50,653 nt of DNA from a virus (Duplodnaviria > Caudoviricetes). Shown here in pieces: positions 18,890-26,343 of the stretch (its first letter is position 1; the number at the start of each line of letters is the position of its first letter). The notes beneath the pieces were generated by a model. It had not been told where the DNA came from and did no database searches. It was given only the letters and a program-made list of their open reading frames with translations. The stretch covers positions 1-50,653 of the IMG/VR virus record IMGVR_UViG_3300032322_001385; one strand, written 5' to 3'. The position numbers and the translations under genes were made by a program.

Positions 18890-19441
18890 ATGCGCCTGGC
18901 TGATCTCGTGATGGTCTATCCCGATCGACTGCCGCCGGCGCAATGCCAGGAGCTCATCCAGGGCTTCGAGGCCCGCGCTGCTGATCAGGTGATCCGCCAG
19001 GGTGAGGGCAACGCGCCACGGTTCACCGAGCTCAACCTGACGCAGTGCTGGCCGGAGGGCCATGAGCTGGCGTTCGGCGCCATCTTGCCGGTGTTCGAGA
19101 CCTACAGCCGCGACCTGCAGATCAACACCGTGCAGTGGCCGGCAGAGCTGGCGTTCGAGGAGCTGCGGATCAAGCGCTACTGGCCCGGCGGCGAGGACGA
19201 GTTCCCCGACCATGTGGACGTGGGCGATCACGCCAGCGCCAGGCGGTTCGTGGCAGCGATGCTCTACCTCAACGATGTCGAGGATGGCGGCGCCACCGAG
19301 TTTCCGCTGTGGGGCCAGCAGATCCAGCCACGCGCTGGATCGGTGGTGGTGTTCCCGCCGCTGTGGCCCTGGCTGCACGCCGGCCGGCCGCCGCAGTCGG
19401 GCCCGAAGTACATCCTCAGCACATACCTCCACTACACCTAA
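18890..19441 (+). CDS. 2OG-Fe(II) oxygenase (prolyl-4-hydroxylase-like)
   Basis: HVD...LYLNDVEDGGATEF...VVFPP.WPWLHAG...KYILSTY: HxD...H triad and distal Lys. Confidence 0.93.
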   Translation: MRLADLVMVYPDRLPPAQCQELIQGFEARAADQVIRQGEGNAPRFTELNLTQCWPEGHELAFGAILPVFETYSRDLQINTVQWPAELAFEELRIKRYWPGGEDEFPDHVDVGDHASARRFVAAMLYLNDVEDGGATEFPLWGQQIQPRAGSVVVFPPLWPWLHAGRPPQSGPKYILSTYLHYT

Positions 19442-19456
19442 CCTGGAGAGAACGAC

Positions 19457-19651
19457 ATGATCTCAATGGAACACCTTCCTCAATACGTCGCCCTCGCTGT
19501 CGCCATTCACAGCGTGGCGCTGATCATCGTGAACCTCACCCCCACCCCGAAGGACGACGAGGCGCTCGGGACCATCAGCGCCCTGGCGGTGAAGGCCTAC
19601 CGCGCGCTGGAGATCGTCGCCGGCATCGTCACCCCCCTGGCGAAGCGCTGA
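19457..19651 (+). CDS. Small membrane protein, putative holin
   Basis: 64 aa, hydrophobic helix then IVNLTPTPKDD; directly upstream of the lysozyme. Confidence 0.65.
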   Translation: MISMEHLPQYVALAVAIHSVALIIVNLTPTPKDDEALGTISALAVKAYRALEIVAGIVTPLAKR

Positions 19652-20088
19652 TGATCAACCGCGCCGCGATGACGCGCCAGCTCCGCCTCCACGAGGGGGA
19701 GCGGCTGAAGCCCTATCGCTGCACCGCCGGCAAGCTGACGATCGGCGTGGGCCGCAACCTCGAGGACCGTGGCATCACGGCAGAGGAGTCGGCCTACTTG
19801 CTCGCCAACGACATCAGCCGGGAGGAGCGCGAGCTGCTCCGGGCACTGCCCTGGGCGGCGACGCTGGACGAGGTGCGCCAGCGGGTACTGCTCGACATGA
19901 GCTTCAACATGGGACTGGGCACGCTGCTGACGTTCAAGCGGACGCTGGCGGCGGTGCAGGGCGGCGAGTTCACGAAGGCCGCGGCGATGATGCTGGAATC
20001 GCGGTGGGCGGGCCAGGTGGGCGAGCGCGCGCAGCGGCTGAGCCGAATGATGGCGACAGGGCAAAATCCGCGCGAACTGCTCTCGTAG
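19651..20088 (+). CDS. Phage lysozyme (GH24/T4-lysozyme-like endolysin), 145 aa
   Basis: QLRLHEGERLKPYRCTAGKLTIGVGRNL, LLDMSFNMG, MLESRWAGQVGERAQRL; ATG overlaps holin TGA. Confidence 0.93.
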   Translation: MINRAAMTRQLRLHEGERLKPYRCTAGKLTIGVGRNLEDRGITAEESAYLLANDISREERELLRALPWAATLDEVRQRVLLDMSFNMGLGTLLTFKRTLAAVQGGEFTKAAAMMLESRWAGQVGERAQRLSRMMATGQNPRELLS

Positions 20089-20107
20089 CATGATGCAGGG
20101 ACTACTG

Positions 20108-20142
20108 AGCCCCCGGGACTGGTGGACCGGGGGCTTTTCTTT
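20108..20142 (+). terminator. Rho-independent terminator ending the late operon
   Basis: agcccccgg-10 nt loop-ccgggggct followed by tttcttt. Confidence 0.85.
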
Positions 20143-20149
20143 GCGGCGC

Positions 20150-20416
20150 TCAGCCAGGGTGGCGCGCGGTGATGTTGGGCCCAGGGCCGCCGGGCCGCTC
20201 CTCGACCTTGACCCCTTCGATTCGGGTTACGTCGAACCACTGGCTGTAGGGCATGCCATTGGCGTCCCGTGCCGCCAGCTGGATCTGATCGCAGCCGGTG
20301 AGATAGGTGGCCGATGCGACGGCAGTTCCTTCGATGCCTAGGACTGTGTCGCGGTACTTTTTGCCCAGCGTGAACTGGGTGCCGTTCAGGATGACGGTGC
20401 GGTTTTCAAGTGCCAT
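20150..20416 (-). CDS. Phage hypothetical protein (88 aa, MALENRTV...)
   Basis: LGKKYRDTVLGIEGTAVASATYLTGCDQ...WFDVTRI resembles a common small phage family; internal ATG of the 190-aa track ORF. Confidence 0.7.
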   Translation of the reverse strand: MALENRTVILNGTQFTLGKKYRDTVLGIEGTAVASATYLTGCDQIQLAARDANGMPYSQWFDVTRIEGVKVEERPGGPGPNITARHPG

Positions 20417-20475
20417 TGCAAGATGCGGATGAGGGGTGATGCCGGATTGGGTGCGGCTCCGGCGTGCCGCGGCGG

Positions 20476-20664
20476 TCAAGCCGCCAGCAGCCGGCGCACC
20501 GTGGTGCGCGAACAGCCGAGGCGATCGGCGATAACCTGCTGGGTCATGCCGGCGCGGCGCCAGCGGCGGGCACGGGCCTGGCGATCCTCCGTGGCCCAGA
20601 GCAGGACCAGCAGGGGGAGCAGTAGCAGGGCGACGGCCCAGGCGGTGAGGCAAGCGATGGACAT
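20476..20664 (-). CDS. Membrane-anchored helix-turn-helix protein
   Basis: N-terminal hydrophobic helix followed by GMTQQVIADRLGCSRTTVRRLL HTH. Confidence 0.75.
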   Translation of the reverse strand: MSIACLTAWAVALLLLPLLVLLWATEDRQARARRWRRAGMTQQVIADRLGCSRTTVRRLLAA

Positions 20665-20767
20665 GGGGCGAAATGCGATGGGGTGGTGATCGGCGGCGCG
20701 CTCGGCCGGCCGATGAACCCAAAGTAAGGGCGCAACCGTGGGGGTGCTGCGCTGGCGTAATAATCCT

Positions 20768-21931
20768 TCACACTTCCAGATCGTCGCTCACCCTCGCCAC
20801 GGCCCGCCGCGCTGCGTCGTCGATCAGGTGCGCATACCGGCTCGTCGTCTGCGTGCTCCGGTGCCCCAACAGCTGGCCCACCGTGCCCAGCGTCTGGCCG
20901 CCACTGAGCGCATAACTGGCGAACGTGTGCCGCAGGTCGTGGATCCGCAGGTCGCTCACACCAGCCTCCTGGAGCAGCGCCAGCCACAGCCGCCGGTAGC
21001 CCACCAGCGGCTTCTCTCCACTCTCGCCGGGGATCACCCACCGATTTTCGGGGAGCTGCCCCCCGATTTTCGATCGCAGCTCCCCGATTATCGCCAGCGC
21101 CCGATCGCTCAGCTGCACCTCGCTGGCCCCGGTCTTACCTCGCTCTGCCGGCACCCGCAGCACGCCCCGGGCCCAGTCGATCTCCGACCACTCAGCGCAC
21201 ATCACCTCCCGCAGCCTGGCCCCAGTCAGCAGCAGCAGCCGCACCAGCTGCGCGAACCGCCACCGCATCGACAGCGGCCCCTGGGCCTCCCACCGGGCCA
21301 GGGCCGCCCGCAGCTGGGTCAGCTCCTGTGCGCTCAGGTATCGCCGCCGCGCCGTCTCCCGATGCGGCTTCACCCCCTTGCATGGGTTGCTGTTGTGCGG
21401 CCGCCACCCCCACTGCTCCGCCAGTCGCATCGCGACGCTCAGCGTCCGCAGCGCACGGTTGGCGGTGATCGGCTGCCGGTGCGCGGCGTGCCACTTGGCG
21501 ACGTCCTCATGCCTGACGGCCGCCACCTTCGTGGTGGGCCCCAGGGCCGGCAGCAGATGCACTCGCCAGTTCGCCTCGTCGCATCCTCCGCTGCGCTTCT
21601 TCGAGGCGTGACGCTCCATGTGCTCGCGCGACAGATCCGCCAGCGTGGCGGCCAGCCGTGTGGCGCGTCGTTCCTCCGTCGGCCGCCTTCCCTCCCGCAC
21701 CTGGGCGAGGGCCTCGCGCGCGAGGCGCCGCGCATCATCTGGGGTGAGCTCTACCGGCGTGCCCAACTTCATCTCCAGCTGGCGGCCGTCCAGCTGCCGG
21801 AACCGCAGGTAATAGGTGCGGGCCCCCGAGGGCAGCACCAGCAGGCAGAGCCCGGGCACCAGGCTGTCGTTCAGCCGGTAGCGCTGGGCCCGGGGGGCGG
21901 CTCCCTCAACGAGCGTCTTGGTCAGCTTCAT
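20768..21931 (-). CDS. int: Tyrosine integrase with N-terminal arm-binding domain (387 aa)
   Basis: MKLTKTLVE...DSLVPGLCLLVLPSGARTYYLRFR arm domain; catalytic TGAR, K, HDLRH, LLGH, RYAH all present. Confidence 0.96.
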   Translation of the reverse strand: MKLTKTLVEGAAPRAQRYRLNDSLVPGLCLLVLPSGARTYYLRFRQLDGRQLEMKLGTPVELTPDDARRLAREALAQVREGRRPTEERRATRLAATLADLSREHMERHASKKRSGGCDEANWRVHLLPALGPTTKVAAVRHEDVAKWHAAHRQPITANRALRTLSVAMRLAEQWGWRPHNSNPCKGVKPHRETARRRYLSAQELTQLRAALARWEAQGPLSMRWRFAQLVRLLLLTGARLREVMCAEWSEIDWARGVLRVPAERGKTGASEVQLSDRALAIIGELRSKIGGQLPENRWVIPGESGEKPLVGYRRLWLALLQEAGVSDLRIHDLRHTFASYALSGGQTLGTVGQLLGHRSTQTTSRYAHLIDDAARRAVARVSDDLEV

Positions 21932-21932
21932 T

Positions 21933-21953
21933 GTTCCCACACCTTTCCCACAA
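21933..21953 (+). promoter_or_regulatory. Putative integrase arm-type site, left arm of attP
   Basis: gttcccacacctttcccacaa, 20/21 identical to 22175-22195; internally a tandem TTCCCACA. Confidence 0.7.
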
Positions 21954-22056
21954 AACTCCGGGAGCGGGAGGGATACCACGGGAAGCGGCGTGAGGCCATG
22001 CTCAGCAAAATCAAGGGGAAAGGAAAGCGCGGGATCCCCGAGGATAGCGGAACGCA

Positions 22057-22104
22057 TGACTTTTAATCAGGGGGTCCTGGGTTCGAGTCCCAGCGCGCTC
22101 ACCA
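22057..22104 (+). other. attP core: 3' half of a tRNA-Lys(UUU) gene
   Basis: tga-cttttaa-tca anticodon arm, ctggg-ttcgagt-cccag T arm, cgcgctc-a-cca acceptor strand; no D arm or 5' strand upstream; next to int. Confidence 0.92.
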
Positions 22105-22174
22105 CCCAAAAGCCATCCACGTCAACGACTTACAGCCGCGACAGCGTGACAGGCCTGCCGGCCTTGGCAGGATC

Positions 22175-22204
22175 GTTCCCACACCATTCCCACAAGCCCA
22201 CAAA
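22175..22204 (+). promoter_or_regulatory. Putative integrase arm-type sites, right arm of attP
   Basis: gttcccacaccattcccacaagcccacaaa: three CCCACA units. Confidence 0.7.
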
Positions 22205-22233
22205 AAAAGCCCCCGGTCATCACTCCGGGGGCT
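22202..22233 (-). terminator. Rho-independent terminator of the leftward early operon
   Basis: Minus strand agcccccgg-agtgatga-ccgggggct then a T run. Confidence 0.85.
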
Positions 22234-22259
22234 GCCGCTTTCTCGTCTGCTCATCCATT

Positions 22260-22466
22260 CTATCTTTGGCGGAACTCGATCTCGGCTGCCATCTCAACAG
22301 CCACCTGGTGTGCCACCTGCTGATCATCCTGAGCAAAGCCCCAGTGCACCACCCGGCCGTCATGCACGAACGGCATGAACCGGGTGGTCTGCCCCCAACC
22401 AATCGGCTGCACGCCGAAGCATGGCCAGGTCTGCCCGGCGTAGCGAGGCACTTCAGCCAGGATCAC
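22260..22466 (-). CDS. Hypothetical protein (68 aa, GTG start)
   Basis: GTGA overlap with the upstream stop; last gene before the terminator. Confidence 0.6.
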   Translation of the reverse strand: MILAEVPRYAGQTWPCFGVQPIGWGQTTRFMPFVHDGRVVHWGFAQDDQQVAHQVAVEMAAEIEFRQR

Positions 22467-22720
22467 AGCTCCAGCCCCCGCATGTGCTGTTCCACCAGGT
22501 CGAGCAGGTCCTGGGGCACGATCGGGAACCGGGGCACCCACCGGCTCGGGTCCCACCCGAAGATGGTCCAACGCGAGGTCTGGTTCAGCAGGGTGCGGAT
22601 GTTGTTCCGCTTCCGCCAGTGCACCAGCATCGGGTCGATGGTGCCCGCCGGCTGCCGCGTGATCGTCCACCGTGGGCTGGCCTGAGGATCTGTGTCCTCG
22701 TGGATGAGGTGCTGCATCAT
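22463..22720 (-). CDS. Hypothetical protein
   Basis: Coupled overlaps at both ends within the leftward operon. Confidence 0.6.
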   Translation of the reverse strand: MMQHLIHEDTDPQASPRWTITRQPAGTIDPMLVHWRKRNNIRTLLNQTSRWTIFGWDPSRWVPRFPIVPQDLLDLVEQHMRGLEL

Positions 22721-22947
22721 TCCAACTCCTGCAGAGGCAAGCGGCTGAGGTGCATCTGCGGCAGATCCCAGCTCACTCCGTCGCCATCGAGGACGTAGTA
22801 GTGCGGGCAGCCATTGGCCATAAAGGTGCCGACCACCTTCCCGGTGTGACCTTCAGGCCACCCCTGCACTAGCGCTGTGTTGCGCACATACACCGTGTCG
22901 CCTGGCACGAACCGCCACGGCTGCGCATTCAGCAGTCGCGTGTTCAT
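22717..22947 (-). CDS. Hypothetical protein, SH3/KOW-like beta barrel
   Basis: WRFVPGDTVYVR...GCPHYYVLD; ATGA overlaps. Confidence 0.65.
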   Translation of the reverse strand: MNTRLLNAQPWRFVPGDTVYVRNTALVQGWPEGHTGKVVGTFMANGCPHYYVLDGDGVSWDLPQMHLSRLPLQELE

Positions 22948-23150
22948 CGGATTGCCCTCACCTCAGTGGTCAGACCGAACGCCATGCGCAGCAGCTGCTG
23001 ACGTTCGATCGCTTCATCAATCGTCGGCACCACCCAGGCGACGTCGCGGTCGCTGTCGGCAGCGAGCACCGGCGGCACCACCTGACCGGGTTGGCCGAGG
23101 CCTTGCGGTGCGGTGATCCACTGCTGGCCGCGGCGGAGTGCGTAGCTCAC
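22944..23150 (-). CDS. Hypothetical protein (68 aa, GTG start)
   Basis: GTGA overlap with the upstream 52-aa gene. Confidence 0.55.
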   Translation of the reverse strand: MSYALRRGQQWITAPQGLGQPGQVVPPVLAADSDRDVAWVVPTIDEAIERQQLLRMAFGLTTEVRAIR

Positions 23151-23305
23151 AGCTTCACCCCGTCCTTCTTGAGCTGAGCGCAGGCGCTGAGCGCGCCGGC
23201 CTTGCAGTCCCTGATCGTCAGGTCGGTCAGGGTGCTGGTGAGCGCGTACCAGAACCCGGCAAGCAGGGTCGCGCATAAGGTCGCGCTGATAAAAGTCGTC
23301 CGCAT
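23147..23305 (-). CDS. 52-aa membrane protein MRTTFISATLCATLLAGFWYALTSTLTDLTIRDCKAGALSACAQLKKDGVKL (not in track)
   Basis: ATG at 23305, TM helix and DC.AG...AC motif; stop overlaps the next GTG. Confidence 0.65.
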   Translation of the reverse strand: MRTTFISATLCATLLAGFWYALTSTLTDLTIRDCKAGALSACAQLKKDGVKL

Positions 23306-23332
23306 GGTAGATGGGTGGATAGTGGACAGGAA

Positions 23333-23348
23333 GGGCCCCGAAGGGCCC
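23333..23348 (-). terminator. C(UUCG)G hairpin, weak terminator or mRNA stabiliser
   Basis: Minus strand gggccc-ttcg-gggccc followed by ttcct, intergenic. Confidence 0.55.
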
Positions 23349-23356
23349 GTAATGGA

Positions 23357-23587
23357 TCAGTCCGCCTTCAGGTAGGCGAAGCTCATGTCGAGCTCGGCGT
23401 CGTACACCGTGTCGTCTTCAATCCGGCAGAGGTTGTGCTCGATGCAGAAGAGCACCGCGCGATTGACTGACACGCAATCGCCGCTGATCGTGAAGCGATC
23501 GGCAGTGCGGAAGGTCCACTCGATCACGACGCCGCAGCCTTTGCGAATCTCAGCTTCGATCTCAGTGCCGAGTTGCTGGAGGTTCAT
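23357..23587 (-). CDS. Hypothetical protein
   Basis: 76-aa ORF with its own upstream intergenic region. Confidence 0.65.
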   Translation of the reverse strand: MNLQQLGTEIEAEIRKGCGVVIEWTFRTADRFTISGDCVSVNRAVLFCIEHNLCRIEDDTVYDAELDMSFAYLKAD

Positions 23588-23721
23588 GGCCTATTCCGGG
23601 GTGGTGGGCGTCTCCGCCCTTGCCTTGCAATCATCCCCCCGCCAAACCCCAACCGTTATGCTGTTGTAACAATCGTTCACACACTCGCAGCCGCTACGAT
23701 CGCCTTAGCGGCTCCTCTCGG

Positions 23722-24021
23722 ATGCAGGCACGGATCGATGGCACCGAGTTCATCCCAGCCCGCACCGCACGCATCCGATTCCGGCAGGCCATCTTCGAGG
23801 CCTGGAACTGGCGCTGCGCATACTGCGGCGACACCGCCGAGAGCCTCGATCACATCCAGCCAAAAACACACGGCGGCATGACGGTGTCGCGCAACCTGGC
23901 GCCCTCGTGCCTTCCTTGCAACCGTCGCAAGGGGCACAGGGAGGTGTTCAGCTGGTGGCGGGAGCAGCCCTTTTGGACCGAGATCGGTCAAGCTCAGCTC
24001 ATCGACTGGCTCACCTTGTAG
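23722..24021 (+). CDS. HNH endonuclease (99 aa)
   Basis: CAYCG...SLDHIQPKTHGG...NLAPSCLPCNRRKG. Confidence 0.93.
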   Translation: MQARIDGTEFIPARTARIRFRQAIFEAWNWRCAYCGDTAESLDHIQPKTHGGMTVSRNLAPSCLPCNRRKGHREVFSWWREQPFWTEIGQAQLIDWLTL

Positions 24022-24400
24022 AGGTCGCAGTCGGCGGCGCATCAACGTGAGCCCAAATCTTGCGGTTGACGATGCGAGAGACATGGGCCGGGTGGACGCC
24101 GTACACAGCAGCGATGGCGCGGTGGGACGCACCGTCCTTGGAGAGGCGGCGCATATCACGGATGTTTTGTTCAGTGAGAACGGCGCATCCGTTGCGCTCA
24201 CCTTGCGTGGATGGCAGCTTGCGTCCGGGTTCCGGCCCAGGCTTGGGCTTGGACTTGGGCTTGGGGAAAAAAAGGCTCTCCAGGGTGCGCTGAGCAAACT
24301 TGCAGCTGATGCACCGCCGCCAACGGTGGGTGCCATCGGCGCGGTGTTCAGTCACTACAACCCGGAGCGTGCGGCGTCCGTTGCATTTAGGGCAGTCCAT
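24011..24400 (-). CDS. Zn-ribbon (NrdR N-terminal-like) plus HTH DNA-binding protein
   Basis: MDCPKC...RWRRCISCKFAQRTLE; PK-rich linker; GERNGCAVLTE...IAAVYGVHPAHVSRIVNRKIWAHV. Confidence 0.75.
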   Translation of the reverse strand: MDCPKCNGRRTLRVVVTEHRADGTHRWRRCISCKFAQRTLESLFFPKPKSKPKPGPEPGRKLPSTQGERNGCAVLTEQNIRDMRRLSKDGASHRAIAAVYGVHPAHVSRIVNRKIWAHVDAPPTATSTR

Positions 24401-24518
24401 CAAATTGAGGTAATAGTTGCTGGGCCTCCGATGCCTCACGCTGCGGCAGCCGCCCACCCCTGGCGCGGTTGCGGAGACGCTCGCCCTTACGGGTGGAGCC
24501 GACCCGGTGGTGGTCAAA

Positions 24519-25097
24519 TTACTGGGGTAGGCGGCTGGCCTCGTGTTCAAGCCACGCGGCAGCTTCCCATGCGGTGTTGACCACGTGGTCGGAGTATTGC
24601 CGCCCCTTCAACCATTTCGCCACCTCGCGGATTACATCGCAAGATGTTTCCTCCCAAGTGCCTCCTAATCCCTTGATCAACCGATGCTTGACCCGCTCCA
24701 CCAGCGAGCCGGCGGGGACTGGGGTGGTGGCTTCGGGCATGAGGTCGTCGCGGTACTGCTTTGCGGCCTGAATCTGATCTTCCGTCATCCGCTCAAATTG
24801 ATCCATCCCGAGGTATTGCCGGATGGGCTGCCCTATTGGGCTGCTGCCGCCCAGGTGATTCCACAAAACCCAAAGCAGCGGGGCGGTATTTGCCAGGTCG
24901 TGCGTGACCGGCGCTGGTATGAACTCGCGGACTTCCGTCATCGGCTCCAGCGCCCTGGGCATCGCCGCCTCCAGCAGATTCAGCCGGTGATCCTGCTCCA
25001 TGCGCCAATCCACGGCGGTGTTGTGCATGGTCTGCAATTCATGGGTCAGCGCCTGCAGCGCCTCGACGCGGGCGCGGAGTTCTTCAATCTCGGTCAT
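24519..25097 (-). CDS. Hypothetical protein with N-terminal coiled coil
   Basis: MTEIEELRARVEALQ start with ATGA overlap. Confidence 0.65.
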   Translation of the reverse strand: MTEIEELRARVEALQALTHELQTMHNTAVDWRMEQDHRLNLLEAAMPRALEPMTEVREFIPAPVTHDLANTAPLLWVLWNHLGGSSPIGQPIRQYLGMDQFERMTEDQIQAAKQYRDDLMPEATTPVPAGSLVERVKHRLIKGLGGTWEETSCDVIREVAKWLKGRQYSDHVVNTAWEAAAWLEHEASRLPQ

Positions 25098-25210
25098 GGC
25101 TTCAAGTTCGAGTGAAATACAGGATGTTGCTGGCACCGCCGCTGGCCATCATCGGCAGCAGCAGCGGAGATCAAGGCCAGGGTGAGCAGCAGGACGATGG
25201 AGCGGGTCAT
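25094..25210 (-). CDS. 38-aa signal-peptide-like ORF MTRSIVLLLTLALISAAAADDGQRRCQQHPVFHSNLKP (not in track)
   Basis: ATGA overlaps at both ends fill the gap exactly. Confidence 0.55.
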   Translation of the reverse strand: MTRSIVLLLTLALISAAAADDGQRRCQQHPVFHSNLKP

Positions 25211-25593
25211 GGCTGAGCCTCTGCCCGTAGGTGCAGCGCCTTGCCAGTGCCGTCACAGGAGACGCACTGCCGGTAGGTTGTGCCGCTAATTCCAATTGAC
25301 TGGGGCTGTTGGCCGCTGCCGCCGCAATAACTGCATAGGCCGGTTTCGTTCTCCCACTGAATGCGCGCTTGGCGCACTTCATCGGCAGTGATAACAACGC
25401 GCTGCAGCTCGGCCAGCCGTGGCCATTTCGGACGGCCTTTGCGTGGTCCGCGTGAATAGGTGCCGATCGGCACTGATCCGCGAAGTTCAAACCCTAGCCC
25501 GCGATCTAGGGATGAATAGATCCGTGGCTGCCAGTTGTCGGGTAGTCCGTGAACCCGCCGTGCAGCCAATGTGTGGATGTCAGGCGCTGTCAC
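25207..25593 (-). CDS. Hypothetical protein with DnaJ-type CxxCxGxG zinc finger
   Basis: CSYCGGSG and CVSCDGTG motifs. Confidence 0.75.
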   Translation of the reverse strand: MTAPDIHTLAARRVHGLPDNWQPRIYSSLDRGLGFELRGSVPIGTYSRGPRKGRPKWPRLAELQRVVITADEVRQARIQWENETGLCSYCGGSGQQPQSIGISGTTYRQCVSCDGTGKALHLRAEAQP

Positions 25594-25739
25594 GCCTGCA
25601 CCTCCGCCAGCTCATGCAGCAGGCGTTTGATCAGGCAGGTGAACCCCTCGTCCTCACGCAGCAGCGGCCTAAGGCGCTCCACGTCGGACGCTGGTAACAC
25701 GATGGTGAGCTTTCGGGTTTCGTGGGAGGGGGGGTTCAT
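25590..25739 (-). CDS. 49-aa possible ribbon-helix-helix protein MNPPSHETRKLTIVLPASDVERLRPLLREDEGFTCLIKRLLHELAEVQA (not in track)
   Basis: Overlap-coupled at both ends; RKLTIVLP strand then two helices. Confidence 0.55.
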   Translation of the reverse strand: MNPPSHETRKLTIVLPASDVERLRPLLREDEGFTCLIKRLLHELAEVQA

Positions 25740-26050
25740 GGCAAAAAGTCCTCACGGATAAGCCGTGGTGGCGGGAATTGTGGTTTGGGGATGATGTTTG
25801 GCTTCGACGTAGCAGGGCCGCTGCTGTAGCTGTCACCGCTTCGCCTGAGCTTCAGTGGCGGTTCACCCGTGGGGCGGTTGATGTTTTCGTGGGTGAAGCT
25901 GCGGCGCCAGTCGGGGTCGAGGTCGCGGCGATACGGCGGCGCTGGTGGCCGGCTGAGCGCACCCCTAGCCCGCCAGCCAGCCCAATAGGACAGCAGTGCG
26001 CCAGTGCCGCCGACAATGGAGCCAAGCAAGATCTGTAATTCGGGGGTCAT
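25736..26050 (-). CDS. Hypothetical membrane-anchored Pro-rich protein
   Basis: N-terminal TM; ATGA overlaps. Confidence 0.6.
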   Translation of the reverse strand: MTPELQILLGSIVGGTGALLSYWAGWRARGALSRPPAPPYRRDLDPDWRRSFTHENINRPTGEPPLKLRRSGDSYSSGPATSKPNIIPKPQFPPPRLIREDFLP

Positions 26051-26343
26051 GGCTGCACCTCCGCATCAGTTGACGGTTTCATGCCCTTAATCCGGCCGTG
26101 GTCGCCTTGCGCACGCTCAAGCTCCCGGCGGTAGTAAGCCAGCTTGTCCTCGGCCCGCGCTAAAGCCGCCTGATGCGCCTCCTCCCATGTTTCGTAGTAG
26201 CTGTGCCGATCAGAAGCGCGTGCCTCTCTGCCGCCCCAGCTGCGGGGATCTGCCGGCCACACGTAGCAAGCGGTGACCTTGGTGCATTCAACTCGCTCGA
26301 TTTCGCCCCATTTAAGGCGCCACATGATGATCGGCTGTGTCAC
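26047..26343 (-). CDS. Hypothetical protein
   Basis: Coupled ORF in the leftward operon. Confidence 0.65.
   Translation of the reverse strand: MTQPIIMWRLKWGEIERVECTKVTACYVWPADPRSWGGREARASDRHSYYETWEEAHQAALARAEDKLAYYRRELERAQGDHGRIKGMKPSTDAEVQP

Noticed and set aside
19135-19650. 317-aa lysozyme with a long N-terminal extension
   Set aside because: The extension overlaps the oxygenase and holin genes in another frame. The real start is the coupled ATG at 19651.
21932-22057. 42-aa N-terminal extension of the integrase in the ORF track
   Set aside because: It runs through attP. The arm-binding domain begins at MKLTK (21931).
22020-22104. A complete phage tRNA-Lys gene
   Set aside because: No GAGCGCG 5' acceptor strand or D arm upstream. 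Only the 3' half is present, as expected for attP.
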